A stretch of DNA of 64,000 nt from a virus, in the IMG/VR virus record IMGVR_UViG_3300044714_000074, positions 9,016 through 73,015 of that record; one strand, 5' to 3'. Below, piece after piece: positions 37,388 to 46,788 of this stretch (within the stretch, counting starts at the first letter, position 1; every line of letters begins with the position of its first letter). Below the pieces are notes generated by a model, which was not told where the DNA came from, made no database searches, and saw nothing but the letters and a program-made list of their open reading frames with translations. The translations under genes and the position numbers were made by a program.

Positions 37388-38851
37388 TCAGTTGTACCCG
37401 ATGGTCAGCGACATCGCCGACGCCGTGGCGTTCGTCGTGTCGTTCGTCGCGTAGCCGCTGGTGACGCAGATGCTGATGCCGGTCGAGAACGGGATGCCGA
37501 ACGGCAGCGGGATGTTGATGCCGCCGACCGAGGTCGAGGCCGGTATCTGGATTTGAGCGATCAGGTTCGTTGCACTACCGCAGCCGTTGAAGCCCGACGC
37601 GGCGTTGTAGAACCGCAGATAGTTCACCGTGGCAGAATTGTTCTCGGCGAGAATCCAATAGACCTGGCCGGCGCCGTTCTTGACGTTGGTGTGGTTGTCG
37701 CTCGCCGCCGGCTGCAAGAAGTACGTCGTGTAGCCGCCCGAGGTCACCAGCGAGGGAACGACGCCGTTGCCGTTGGCGACGGTCGGGGTCGTGTTCAGCG
37801 ACATCGGCTGCGGCGTGCCGCTGGCGACGCCTTGGACACTTAGAACTTGCGTCGATGGTGTTCCCGCCGTGCCCGGCGCCGAACCCGCGATGGTGGTCGT
37901 GTCCTGCCCGACCGCGACGCGCAAGGTGCCAGTGCCAACAGCACCGGCTCCCACCGACGCCGTCGCCCCACCGATCTGAGTCAAGTTGACCGACTGGTTG
38001 GCGACCAGGGCACCGATGACATTGGTGCCGGCCGGGATGCTGGATTGAACGGCGGTTATCAGCGCTGAAAGCTGGTTGTAGAGTCCCTTGAGCAGCGCAA
38101 CAACCGACCACGCATTGGTGCTGTTGTTCGCGGCGCTATCGGTCGTCGAGCCCTCTGCAGTATCGGCACCGTTGGCGATGGTGACGGCACCGCCTCCACC
38201 GCCGCCACTGCTTCCTGTGCCGCCAGCGAACTGCGCGCAGCTTGTCATCTGCGTCAGGTTGACTTTCCCCGTCCCGGTCGCGGCGAAGACCGCCAGCGTG
38301 GTTGCCGGGCCGACGTTCAAAATGCAGAGGCCGCCCGTCGGCAACACCGGATTCGATGCCGACGCCGTGATGTTCGACGCGCCAAGCGCATAGTTGACGT
38401 TCACCGTGGTGCTCTGATCAGGGACGATCAGAAGCGCCGGGAAACTCTTCGTACTGGCAGGTAGCGCAACGCTGGCGGAAGTTGCGCTGCTCGACGTCGC
38501 CGATGCGCCGAGATTGCTGACCGACTGCGCGGTGGCGAGGCGCGGAGCGAAGCAGAGCGCCGCGGCGATCAACCCGGCGATTGCGATCTTGCCGAGATGC
38601 TTCATGTAGGTCCCGCCTTTCACCTTGGCGAGATGCTCGTCGACGAGCGCCTCGGCCTTCTCCGCATCATCGCACGATTCCCCGCCGATCACAGCCGCGA
38701 TCTCGAGGAGCGGGAGACCGCCATGCGCCGCGAGGAATTGCAACGTCCGGCCGGTCGTCTTCTCGATCGCCGCGCGGTGCGGCTCGACCAGATTCCACGG
38801 AACGCTGGTCCGCTTCTCCGATCCGGTCACCGGGAACGTCAGTCCGATCAT
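37388..38851 (-). CDS. head/neck fibre-like protein; signal peptide begins at internal Met 38605
   Basis: ATGA-coupled start at 38851; MKHLGKIAIAGLIAAALCFAPRLATA|Q; Gly linker, short coiled segment, C-terminal beta domain. Confidence 0.65.
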   Translation of the reverse strand: MIGLTFPVTGSEKRTSVPWNLVEPHRAAIEKTTGRTLQFLAAHGGLPLLEIAAVIGGESCDDAEKAEALVDEHLAKVKGGTYMKHLGKIAIAGLIAAALCFAPRLATAQSVSNLGASATSSSATSASVALPASTKSFPALLIVPDQSTTVNVNYALGASNITASASNPVLPTGGLCILNVGPATTLAVFAATGTGKVNLTQMTSCAQFAGGTGSSGGGGGGAVTIANGADTAEGSTTDSAANNSTNAWSVVALLKGLYNQLSALITAVQSSIPAGTNVIGALVANQSVNLTQIGGATASVGAGAVGTGTLRVAVGQDTTTIAGSAPGTAGTPSTQVLSVQGVASGTPQPMSLNTTPTVANGNGVVPSLVTSGGYTTYFLQPAASDNHTNVKNGAGQVYWILAENNSATVNYLRFYNAASGFNGCGSATNLIAQIQIPASTSVGGINIPLPFGIPFSTGISICVTSGYATNDTTNATASAMSLTIGYN

Positions 38852-39366
38852 GAGATGCCCCACGTCGTCGGCCCGTAACTCTGGGCCAGACCGAGATATG
38901 TCCGGCCCCAAGGAGTCTTGAGGTTACCTAAATCTTTCAGCGTAAAATTCTTGGCGGCGTCCTGAACGACCATGGTCTCGCTCGTTGATTCATCCGACGC
39001 CGATTGTATCACGCCCGACACGAAGCCGAGGATGTTCCATTTCTTGCGCGAGTATTCAAAGAACGGCAGCGGCGGATTGCTGCCGTCTACCGTTGGCGCA
39101 TCCGGCAAATCCTGCGCGTAGTTGAACACGTTGTCGGCGGCGAGGTTATAGACCGCGAGCGCGAAGATCGACCAGCCGCCGGAGTTCAGCACCGCGCCGG
39201 CCGAATCGGTCGACGGGACCGGGATGCACCGAAGCGCGGGATTGACGATCGCCAGGGCGACGGCGAAGGCCATCGCGACGACCGGGGAATCAGACGGAAG
39301 GATCGTCGTGCTGATCCCGACGACGTTGATGAGGAAGGCCTGGAACCCGGCGAGCGTCGGCTGCAT
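38848..39366 (-). CDS. head-tail adaptor (DUF4054-like)
   Basis: PTLAGF, AVYNLAA, GVIQSASDES, LKTPWGRTYL. Confidence 0.75.
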   Translation of the reverse strand: MQPTLAGFQAFLINVVGISTTILPSDSPVVAMAFAVALAIVNPALRCIPVPSTDSAGAVLNSGGWSIFALAVYNLAADNVFNYAQDLPDAPTVDGSNPPLPFFEYSRKKWNILGFVSGVIQSASDESTSETMVVQDAAKNFTLKDLGNLKTPWGRTYLGLAQSYGPTTWGIS

Positions 39367-39384
39367 CCGTCCTCCTCGCCACGA

Positions 39385-39987
39385 TCAGGCTCGCGGGCGC
39401 GATCCTCGCTTCGCCCGGCCGGACGACGGCTTGCCCGATGACGGTCGGCCGGAAGCCGGGGCGGCCGCGGAAATGCGGTAGCCTTCCTCGATCCGCTTCT
39501 CGCCGGCCTCGCTCTGCTCTTCCTGCTCGAACTCGACCTCGACCGCCGGCGTCGGCTCGATCTCGATGCCCTTCGCCGCGAACTCGTTCGACACCGCCTG
39601 CGTGATCAGTTCGTTCGATGCGACCGCGGCTCGAGCCCGACGGTCGATTCCCTCCTGCGTGAGCAGCCCGGCGTTGAGGTCCATGACGTAGCGGATGGTG
39701 TCCGCCGGCACCGGACGGTCGACGTTGAAGACGAACGGGATCTTGCCCCTGACGCGGGGAACCTCGGCGACGCCGACCATGCCGTACTTGCCGAGCTGGC
39801 CGCAGATCGATTCGACCTGCTGAAGATGAAGGTCCTTGTTGCCGATCACCACCTGACGGCCCGGCGCCACCGGCTGCTTGTTGGCAGGCCGAAACGCGAT
39901 TTCCGGAGATCCCTTCGGCGTGAAATCGAGGCGGTAGTAAAGCTCGTGATTCTGCCGCGTGCAGTTCGCGACGTACAGTCTGGTCAT
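39385..39987 (-). CDS. conserved head-module hypothetical protein
   Basis: LYVANCTRQ...YR; follows the capsid gene. Confidence 0.65.
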   Translation of the reverse strand: MTRLYVANCTRQNHELYYRLDFTPKGSPEIAFRPANKQPVAPGRQVVIGNKDLHLQQVESICGQLGKYGMVGVAEVPRVRGKIPFVFNVDRPVPADTIRYVMDLNAGLLTQEGIDRRARAAVASNELITQAVSNEFAAKGIEIEPTPAVEVEFEQEEQSEAGEKRIEEGYRISAAAPASGRPSSGKPSSGRAKRGSRPRA

Positions 39988-40092
39988 GGTTTCGGTTCCC
40001 TGTGCTGGTGCGGAGGATGGCCTGCAGGCGTCCGAGTGCCCACCATCTCTCCCCGTCCCGGACTTCCTCGTCGGCCGATTCGGCTTCAGCCC

Positions 40093-41118
40093 TTACTGAT
40101 ACGTCATGCTCACAATCGTAAGCGCTTGGTAGCGCGGGGCCCATCCCGACGTGATCCTCCATTCCTGCACGAAGTCAGTCGCGCCGCCGGCGAGCGGCGA
40201 GATGATCTCGCGCGGCGCCGCCATGTCGCAGTACTGCGTCAGGCAGACGTTGTTGCCGGGCGCCATCTTGGCGAACTCGCTCGTGTTCACCGGCATGTCG
40301 CCGTCCGGTTTCGAGACCTCCGGCATCGCCAGGATCACGATGTCGGTGTCGGAGTTGACCCCGGCGCCCTGGAGCGTGTCGTCGTACGCCCAGGTCAGAT
40401 CGTCGCCGTTCGACATCAGGATTTCCTTGAGCGTTCCCGCAGTCGACTGCGTGCCGGCGCCGACGCGCTGGTACTGGACGAGTTCGACGACGTTGTACTC
40501 GAAGAGGCCGAGCGTCCGCTGCGGGCCGAGGATCGTGAACTTCTTGCCGATCCCGAGCTGGTAGGTCCGCGTCTTGATGTTCAAAATCTGCTGCGCGAGG
40601 AAGAACGCCATCTGGCCGTTGTCGTAGGTGACCACGGTGTCGTTGCCGTTGGTGTCCGCCGGCAGGTTGACCGACGTCGCGCCCGGCGCGTTGAGCAGGC
40701 CCTCGCCGTTCTGCGGGTTGAAGCCGAAGAGGTTGGCGTCGCGGGCCAGCTGGAAGTGGGCCTGCCGGCCGCCGAGGCGGTAGGCCTCCGGAACGGCGAA
40801 GCCCCAACGACCACCGGCGGCGACGTCGTGATGATCATACTCGGCGCGCACCTTCTGCAGGTACGTCGGAGCCGAGAACATCGTCGCTTGGATGTCGACG
40901 CCGGGCAACTCGTTCATGCTCGCCGTGCCGGCCGCCATCTTGGTCCGCAGGTTCAGCTGCTTCATGTAGACGATGAGATCGTCCTCCGCGAGCCGAACCC
41001 GAAGCTGGCCGTCGGCGAGCGTGTCGACGAAGCCCGAGGCTTGGCTGTACTGAAGCAAAATCTCCGGCTCGATGAACGAGGGGTTCAGCGTCACGTAGGC
41101 GTGGGCTTGGATGGTCAC
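40093..41118 (-). CDS. major capsid protein (HK97-fold, DUF2184-like)
   Basis: 341 aa; AGGAG RBS; FGFNPQNGEGLLN, RITSGW; very biased codon usage; position. Confidence 0.8.
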   Translation of the reverse strand: MTIQAHAYVTLNPSFIEPEILLQYSQASGFVDTLADGQLRVRLAEDDLIVYMKQLNLRTKMAAGTASMNELPGVDIQATMFSAPTYLQKVRAEYDHHDVAAGGRWGFAVPEAYRLGGRQAHFQLARDANLFGFNPQNGEGLLNAPGATSVNLPADTNGNDTVVTYDNGQMAFFLAQQILNIKTRTYQLGIGKKFTILGPQRTLGLFEYNVVELVQYQRVGAGTQSTAGTLKEILMSNGDDLTWAYDDTLQGAGVNSDTDIVILAMPEVSKPDGDMPVNTSEFAKMAPGNNVCLTQYCDMAAPREIISPLAGGATDFVQEWRITSGWAPRYQALTIVSMTYQ

Positions 41119-41177
41119 TGGGTCAGCTCCTTAGAAGAACGTGTTTCTTCCTCGTTCGCGAGCGCCGAAGAGAGCGC

Positions 41178-42065
41178 TCAAATCTGGATGACGGCGCACG
41201 CTCCGTTGTAGTTCCAGGTCGCGTAGCCAGTCGCCGAGGCGTAGGAGACCGTCTCGCAGTTCGTCGCCTGGACGTCGAGCACCTTGACGTTGAGCGCTTG
41301 GCTCGCCGAGCCGCCGACCGTCAGCGTGCCGCTGGTGATCGTCGAGGCGCCGAGGCCGGCCGCGGCCTGATAGGTCACCGACGTTCCGGAGGCCGTCAGC
41401 GCCGTGAAGGTGCCGGCGAGGCTGGCGAAGGCGCCGGTGCCGGAGAGGCCGGCGACGGTGATCGAGTCGCCGGCGTCGAACGTCACCGCAACCGCCATCA
41501 CCAGCGTCACGATGCCGGTGGTGTTGTTGTAGGTGCCCGACGAGATCGTCAGCGAGCCGAGGTAGGGGACGAGCAGCTGGTTCGTGAAGTCCCAGGAGAC
41601 ATTCGCCCCGATCGGGCCGGCGCGGAGGTCGATCAGCGCCGGGTCGCAAGCCACGGCGATGCGAGCCAGCGAGCCGAGCGGATAGACGGCAACCTGCCCG
41701 TAGGAGCCGATCAGCGGCACCGGCGACTGCGGCGACGTCACCATTCCGTAGGCTTGGTCGAAGACCGAGAAGCCAGCAAGCGCGGTGTTGCCGGTCAGCG
41801 CGGTGGCGCGGCCGCAGATCGGGCCGAGCGAGTAGTTCGGGTTCGTGGTGCCGCCGGTGGCGCTGCCGGGAACATCCATGTAGACGCCGACGCCGCCCCA
41901 CATCGGGAGCGTCTCCGTGTTCGCCAGGAGGCAGCCGCGGAGCCGATAGCGCGTCGACGGATCGGGATAGGCGGTGCCCTGCCGAAGACCGGTCGAGGAG
42001 ACGTTGAAAAGCCCGGCATTGCCGGCGGATTGAGCGTACGGGTTGAAGGTGACGGTGGCGGGCAT
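41178..42065 (-). CDS. head decoration / minor capsid protein
   Basis: Lies between scaffold and capsid; LPMWGGV, LGSLARIAV, SWDFTNQ. Confidence 0.7.
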   Translation of the reverse strand: MPATVTFNPYAQSAGNAGLFNVSSTGLRQGTAYPDPSTRYRLRGCLLANTETLPMWGGVGVYMDVPGSATGGTTNPNYSLGPICGRATALTGNTALAGFSVFDQAYGMVTSPQSPVPLIGSYGQVAVYPLGSLARIAVACDPALIDLRAGPIGANVSWDFTNQLLVPYLGSLTISSGTYNNTTGIVTLVMAVAVTFDAGDSITVAGLSGTGAFASLAGTFTALTASGTSVTYQAAAGLGASTITSGTLTVGGSASQALNVKVLDVQATNCETVSYASATGYATWNYNGACAVIQI

Positions 42066-42132
42066 CGGTCTTGTGCTCCTGGAGTTGGTGCGCCTTCGGT
42101 TCCCTGTCGCGTCGGTCGGATCGGCGGCTCAA

Positions 42133-44073
42133 TCAGTTGCCGCCGAGCCCTCGCATCTTGAACTGGCCGGTGCCCTTGAGCTGGACGTTCCCGACGAACC
42201 GGTTCATCCACGCCGCCGGCTCGCCGACGAAGGTCACGTAGGTATGACCGCCAACGGTTTTGCGGATTTCCCGCAGCTTTCCAGCTCCAACTGTAGCCGG
42301 GCTCATCGCGGTGCGGCTGGCGTCGGCGTAGATTTGCGTCTCGGCGACGGTAAATGCGGCGTCGTCGGCGAACGCGGAGCCGGAAACATCGACCGGTTTC
42401 CAGGTCTGGCTGTGCTGCTTGAGGTCCTTCGCGATCCGGCGGCGGTAAAGCGGTGCCGTCTCGCCGAGCAGCGGGCGCGGCGCCTGCTGGCCGAACTTCG
42501 AATAGACCTCGTCGGCGCGGGCCTGCGCGTCGACCATGGCGTGGAAGTCGGAGTCGGCCTGCGAGGCCGGAATTTTCCTGGCCAGCTCGTCGATCCGCTT
42601 GTTGATGTCGGCGGAGTCGGCCTTCGCGGCGTCGGCCTTCTTCTTCTCTTCCTCGGCCTCCGCGTCGGCTTTCTTCTTCGCGTCCTCGGCGTCCTTCTTC
42701 GCCTTGTCGGCGGCGAGGCGCTCCGGGTCTTCGGCGGCAGCGGCGTCGGCTTTGCGCTTCTCTTCGGCGTCCTTGCGCTCCTTTTCGGAGGCTTCGAGCG
42801 AATCCATGCGCTTGCTCATGGAGTCGCAGAACTCGTCCATCTTGGCCAGCGTCTTGTCGAGCGCGGTGCCGGCAGCGGCGTCCGCCTTCTTCTTTTCCTC
42901 AGCTTCGGCGTCGGCCTTTTTCTTCGCGGCCTCGGCTTCCTCGGCGTCTTTTTTGGCCTTGTCGGCTGCCATTTCCGCGTCCTTCTTGGCCTTCTCTTCT
43001 TCCGGGGTCATCGCTGAGTCCTCTCTTGATTCGGATCGGATTCCGGTGGGCGGCCCCATCTTGTCCCAGACACCGAGGGGCGCAATCGCGACGTGGTCGA
43101 GCAGGGACGGGTCACCTTCGATCAGCACCTTTCGCCCGTCGTCAGTGGTCAGCTTCGAGTTGACTTCCACGTTGTGGAAGAAGACCGCAGGCGACGTCGA
43201 AAGCTGCTTGTCCTCCATTTCCCGGGCGGCATCGTCGTCGTAAATCTTGGCGATGCCCCAAACCTCGCTTCCAGCGATATACGGCAAAAAAATGCTTCCC
43301 ACAACTCTTTCGGAGAACTCTTCCGAGTTGAGCATGGATTTTGCGGGATGCAGCCAGATCACTGGGAGCCCGTTGCAGCGCGTCAGGAACTCCTCGTTGA
43401 GATAGTTTTCCGGGTTTCTGTGGACGAACTCGTTGTGCTTGGTCCGGTAGGCGACGTCGGTCCCGGTGATCCGAATCGCGAACAGCATCACCCCGGCTTT
43501 ATCGTCGCCGTAGTATTGCGGCGAGGTCAGACGGCCGTCGGCGATGGCGCGGGCGACGCCGAGTTCGTTCATGCCGAGTCGGTCGAGAGCGATCCGGCAT
43601 CCGGGATGAAGCGGCTCCGGCGGCGCATCGAGCGGAGCCCACGCCCATCCGTCGTGCTCGTCATTGAGCTCCGGCGTGAACTCGTTGGTGACCTTCTGGA
43701 CGAAAACGGTGAAGTCCACCGGTGGCAGCGCGATCGCAGGAGCGGGAATGAGCGGCTGCGCGGTCGCGACGCCAGGAGGAGCCGCCGGGGCGCCCGCGGC
43801 GACAGGGATCACCGCCGGCGCCCCGAGGCCGACCGCGGCTTGCGCCCCGGTAGCCGGTTTCGTTCTAGTGAGATAGCGGCGCTCGCCGTCGGGAAGGAAG
43901 CCGATCTCCTCCCTCGTCTCGCGGATGGCGCACTGCTCGGCGGTCTCGTCGCCTTCCTGGCCGCCGCCGGGGAAGTCGTAGCACCCGGGGCAGTCGGGCG
44001 CGCTCATCGTCCGCCGCAAGAACAGCGCGGTGTTGTTCAGGGAAACGAAGAGGATGCCGGCGGCTTTCATCAC
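42133..44073 (-). CDS. NUDIX domain fused to DUF2213 prohead protease and scaffold
   Basis: Nudix box GGQEGDETAEQCAIRETREEIG; RITGT...GLPVIWLHP...LSTSP...LDHVAI; KKDAE-rich scaffold. Confidence 0.85.
   Translation of the reverse strand: MMKAAGILFVSLNNTALFLRRTMSAPDCPGCYDFPGGGQEGDETAEQCAIRETREEIGFLPDGERRYLTRTKPATGAQAAVGLGAPAVIPVAAGAPAAPPGVATAQPLIPAPAIALPPVDFTVFVQKVTNEFTPELNDEHDGWAWAPLDAPPEPLHPGCRIALDRLGMNELGVARAIADGRLTSPQYYGDDKAGVMLFAIRITGTDVAYRTKHNEFVHRNPENYLNEEFLTRCNGLPVIWLHPAKSMLNSEEFSERVVGSIFLPYIAGSEVWGIAKIYDDDAAREMEDKQLSTSPAVFFHNVEVNSKLTTDDGRKVLIEGDPSLLDHVAIAPLGVWDKMGPPTGIRSESREDSAMTPEEEKAKKDAEMAADKAKKDAEEAEAAKKKADAEAEEKKKADAAAGTALDKTLAKMDEFCDSMSKRMDSLEASEKERKDAEEKRKADAAAAEDPERLAADKAKKDAEDAKKKADAEAEEEKKKADAAKADSADINKRIDELARKIPASQADSDFHAMVDAQARADEVYSKFGQQAPRPLLGETAPLYRRRIAKDLKQHSQTWKPVDVSGSAFADDAAFTVAETQIYADASRTAMSPATVGAGKLREIRKTVGGHTYVTFVGEPAAWMNRFVGNVQLKGTGQFKMRGLGGN
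42620..42990 (-). repeat. imperfect repeats encoding ADKAKKDAE / KKKADAEAEE scaffold units
   Basis: Repeated peptide units visible in the translation. Confidence 0.6.
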
Positions 44074-44076
44074 GAT

Positions 44077-44355
44077 TTATCGGTCCCAAATCGGATGAAT
44101 AGTGTTCGGCGCAATGCCGAGAATTTCGCGCAATACCGGAGCGTTGGTCGGGTCGATCTCGCTGACCGGATCATGGATTATTTCGATGAAGTTCTTGTGG
44201 TATTGATGCTTCGATTTGAGAGCATCCCACTTCACTAACACTGTTTCGCCGCCGCGTTGGACTCTTATCAATTCGCCTTCTCGGTCAGCGTTTTTCCGAG
44301 GCGTCAACCATTCCAAACCCTTTTTGCTGAATCGACATCTTGGCATTTTAGTCAC
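44077..44355 (-). CDS. hypothetical protein
   Basis: Coupled ORF, lower GC. Confidence 0.55.
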   Translation of the reverse strand: MTKMPRCRFSKKGLEWLTPRKNADREGELIRVQRGGETVLVKWDALKSKHQYHKNFIEIIHDPVSEIDPTNAPVLREILGIAPNTIHPIWDR

Positions 44356-44576
44356 CTGCTACGAGCACAATACGCATCCATCCGCCCCATCACCGATTCC
44401 ATCTTCGCAAAAACGTCCTCGATGTTGCGGCCGTGAAGTCGGGCGGTGTGATCGGAATCGCCGCGCGATTTATTGAGCGCAGCCGCAACGGCTTGCTTCT
44501 GCGGATGTCCAGCGTGCACCATTTCGCTGATGTTCTCGCTGATTGTTTCACGTGAAGTGCCGGACTTCAGCGGCAT
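44352..44576 (-). CDS. small phage protein (MPLKSG...QKQAVAAAL family)
   Basis: Motif commonly seen in phage head modules. Confidence 0.65.
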   Translation of the reverse strand: MPLKSGTSRETISENISEMVHAGHPQKQAVAAALNKSRGDSDHTARLHGRNIEDVFAKMESVMGRMDAYCARSR

Positions 44577-44580
44577 GGCG

Positions 44581-44856
44581 TCACCCGTTCCGCTCGCAGG
44601 CCTCGACAAACGCTTGAATCGAAGCCGCCTGACGATCAGCGGCGATGTAGCTGTCCTCCTGGCGGAACGTCCAGACGCCGTCCTCGTATCGAACGATCGA
44701 GAGTTCTCCGGCCATGTTCAGGTTGATCGGGAAGTAGAATCCGGTGTGATCATTGCTCGGCGTCCCGGTCTTGAAACCGGCCGCCTTCAGCTTCGCGACC
44801 AGCGGCGTCGCGATGAGCTTCTGAAGCTCGCGGTCCGTCATCTGGAGTTCGCGCAC
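44581..44856 (-). CDS. hypothetical protein
   Basis: ORF in the operon; GC3-rich. Confidence 0.55.
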   Translation of the reverse strand: MRELQMTDRELQKLIATPLVAKLKAAGFKTGTPSNDHTGFYFPINLNMAGELSIVRYEDGVWTFRQEDSYIAADRQAASIQAFVEACERNG

Positions 44857-44860
44857 GGGC

Positions 44861-45754
44861 TCAGGCCCTCCGTTCCCGGCGCTTCCTTAGCACGGATTCG
44901 CAGATCGCACGATCACCGGCCTGGTCATGGTCGCCCTCAATGGCGATCCGATGCTCGAAGAACCACTCGTGCAGCGGACTTGTCGCGTAGAGCCGGGCCC
45001 ATTCGACGACGGTCTCCTCGTCCATCGGGCGCGCGCCGACGCCGAAAGTACGCTCCGGCGGCGACAGTTCGGCGAAGGCCGCCTCCGCCGCGTCGGTCAC
45101 GACGTGGATCTCGTCCCGCGCGTAGGCCTCCGGCAAATCACAGTCGATCGTGACCCCATTGAAGCCGAGATCGCGGTCGACCACAGCGGCGAACGGGTGA
45201 AGGTGCCAAGCTCGCAGCACGACGCTTTTCCCGTCCCGAAAGAACACGTTGGAGCACATTTCCGAGCGCCCGGTCCCGAAGAAGCACTCCGTCGTCGAAT
45301 GGTGAGGATGCCGCATCGCCCACCGCAGAAGATCGGGCGCCGGCGCGCCAACCGGCGGCAGTGCGGCGCCGTCGGTCCGCGTTCCAGCCATCATCACCAT
45401 CCCGGTCCCGGTCGCGATTCGCTTCTCCGCGGCCGCGAAGAGTTCGATCGAGCAGACCATGTCGGCATTGATGAAGCCGAGAACGTCGCCTCGTTTCGCC
45501 ATCCTGATCGCTTCCTGGTGGCAGGCACCGAGGCGGTAGTGCGTCCCCTCGATCGGCGGGACCGGAAGCGTCGTCAGCGCGAGGCCGCGGCCGGCGGCCA
45601 CCTCCGCTATCCTGGCGCGGTCGTCGGTGTGGACGAGAAGCCGCGCATCGGCCTTGGCGTGTCGGAGCGCGGCGGCGATCGCCGGCAGCGCCGACTTCTC
45701 GAAGGTGCTGAGACAGCGCTCGCCCCAGGCCGGGATGACGATGGTCCAGTTCAT
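44861..45754 (-). CDS. GT-A-like protein, paralog 2
   Basis: IVIPAWG, FINAD, RAWHLHP, TIDCDL, VTD...ELSP. Confidence 0.55.
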   Translation of the reverse strand: MNWTIVIPAWGERCLSTFEKSALPAIAAALRHAKADARLLVHTDDRARIAEVAAGRGLALTTLPVPPIEGTHYRLGACHQEAIRMAKRGDVLGFINADMVCSIELFAAAEKRIATGTGMVMMAGTRTDGAALPPVGAPAPDLLRWAMRHPHHSTTECFFGTGRSEMCSNVFFRDGKSVVLRAWHLHPFAAVVDRDLGFNGVTIDCDLPEAYARDEIHVVTDAAEAAFAELSPPERTFGVGARPMDEETVVEWARLYATSPLHEWFFEHRIAIEGDHDQAGDRAICESVLRKRRERRA

Positions 45755-45759
45755 CCTCT

Positions 45760-46080
45760 TTATTGCCCAGAAATAAATAGTTCTTTGAGCCGCGCATTGG
45801 CGCGTTTGATCATTTCAAGCCGATCTGGCGTCTTGTCTTCAGAATAGCAATCAACATAAGGCGTATTATCGTTATTGCCGTTGTTCCGAAACTTTCCGCC
45901 GAATCCAAGTGCGCCCATGAAACGCCATTCTCGACAGACGAGCATTCCGCGCTCGTCGGATTTTGTAATACCGCGAACGAAGGCTTCACCATCGCGCGGA
46001 TCAAAGACTTTGTGACCACATTCCTCAATCAAGATTTTGAGGATGGCGCAGGCTTGTTGATCTGTTATTTTTCGGTGCAT
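45760..46080 (-). CDS. hypothetical phage protein
   Basis: EWRFMGALGFGGKF...VDCYSED motif. Confidence 0.65.
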   Translation of the reverse strand: MHRKITDQQACAILKILIEECGHKVFDPRDGEAFVRGITKSDERGMLVCREWRFMGALGFGGKFRNNGNNDNTPYVDCYSEDKTPDRLEMIKRANARLKELFISGQ

Positions 46081-46083
46081 CGC

Positions 46084-46788
46084 TTATCTGCGCCCCTTGT
46101 TCATAAACCGCTGCCAAGCCTTCTTGTACTCGTCCTCGGGATCGCCGTGCATCGCCCGATATTGCGCCTGAATCGGTATCTTGTCGCTGGTCGAATCTTT
46201 CCGCTTTTCGGCAACGACCACACTGACGAAGTCGCCGATCAACGTCCCCGGCGTCGCCGAGACCGGCTCGCCGCGGTGATACGGTTCCCATGGTATCGGC
46301 ACCCACGGCCCGCCGTAGATTCCGTTCGGGAAGGCGAACAACTTGATCCAGCAGTCCTCGTAGCCGTTCGCGGCGAAGAAGTCGAAGAACCACTCCGGGG
46401 AAAAGCACAGCACAGCACCCTGGATCGCGGTGCCGTGCTCGACGAGCATCATCCGGCCGCCTGGTCTGAGCATCTTCGAAAGCGATCGAATCGCCATCGC
46501 GGGATCGAAGACGTTGTCGAGGCAGGAGCCGTCGAAGATGAAATCGCAGATCGAGGCGTAGCGGTCCGGCAGCTCGACGTTGAGGTCCCACACAATGTCG
46601 GCGCCCTCATAGGCGGAGACGTCGAGCGCGTTGACGGTGACAACTTCCGGGAATTGCTGAAACAGTTCTGTGTCGGTGAGCGTCGATCCCTCGACGGTCT
46701 GCCGTCCAATCAGCAGGACATCGCCGGCGATCGGCCGGAAGGCATTCTCGCGCTTCAGCTCCTCGATCACGGCGGGGAAGATGCTCAT
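46084..46788 (-). CDS. class I SAM-dependent methyltransferase
   Basis: LIGRQ, ALDVSAYEGADIVWDLN, DGSCLDNVFDP, LRPGG. Confidence 0.8.
   Translation of the reverse strand: MSIFPAVIEELKRENAFRPIAGDVLLIGRQTVEGSTLTDTELFQQFPEVVTVNALDVSAYEGADIVWDLNVELPDRYASICDFIFDGSCLDNVFDPAMAIRSLSKMLRPGGRMMLVEHGTAIQGAVLCFSPEWFFDFFAANGYEDCWIKLFAFPNGIYGGPWVPIPWEPYHRGEPVSATPGTLIGDFVSVVVAEKRKDSTSDKIPIQAQYRAMHGDPEDEYKKAWQRFMNKGRR

Noticed and set aside
42620-42990. Possible CRISPR or tandem DNA array
   Set aside because: The repeats are degenerate and in-frame coding (scaffold), without spacer structure
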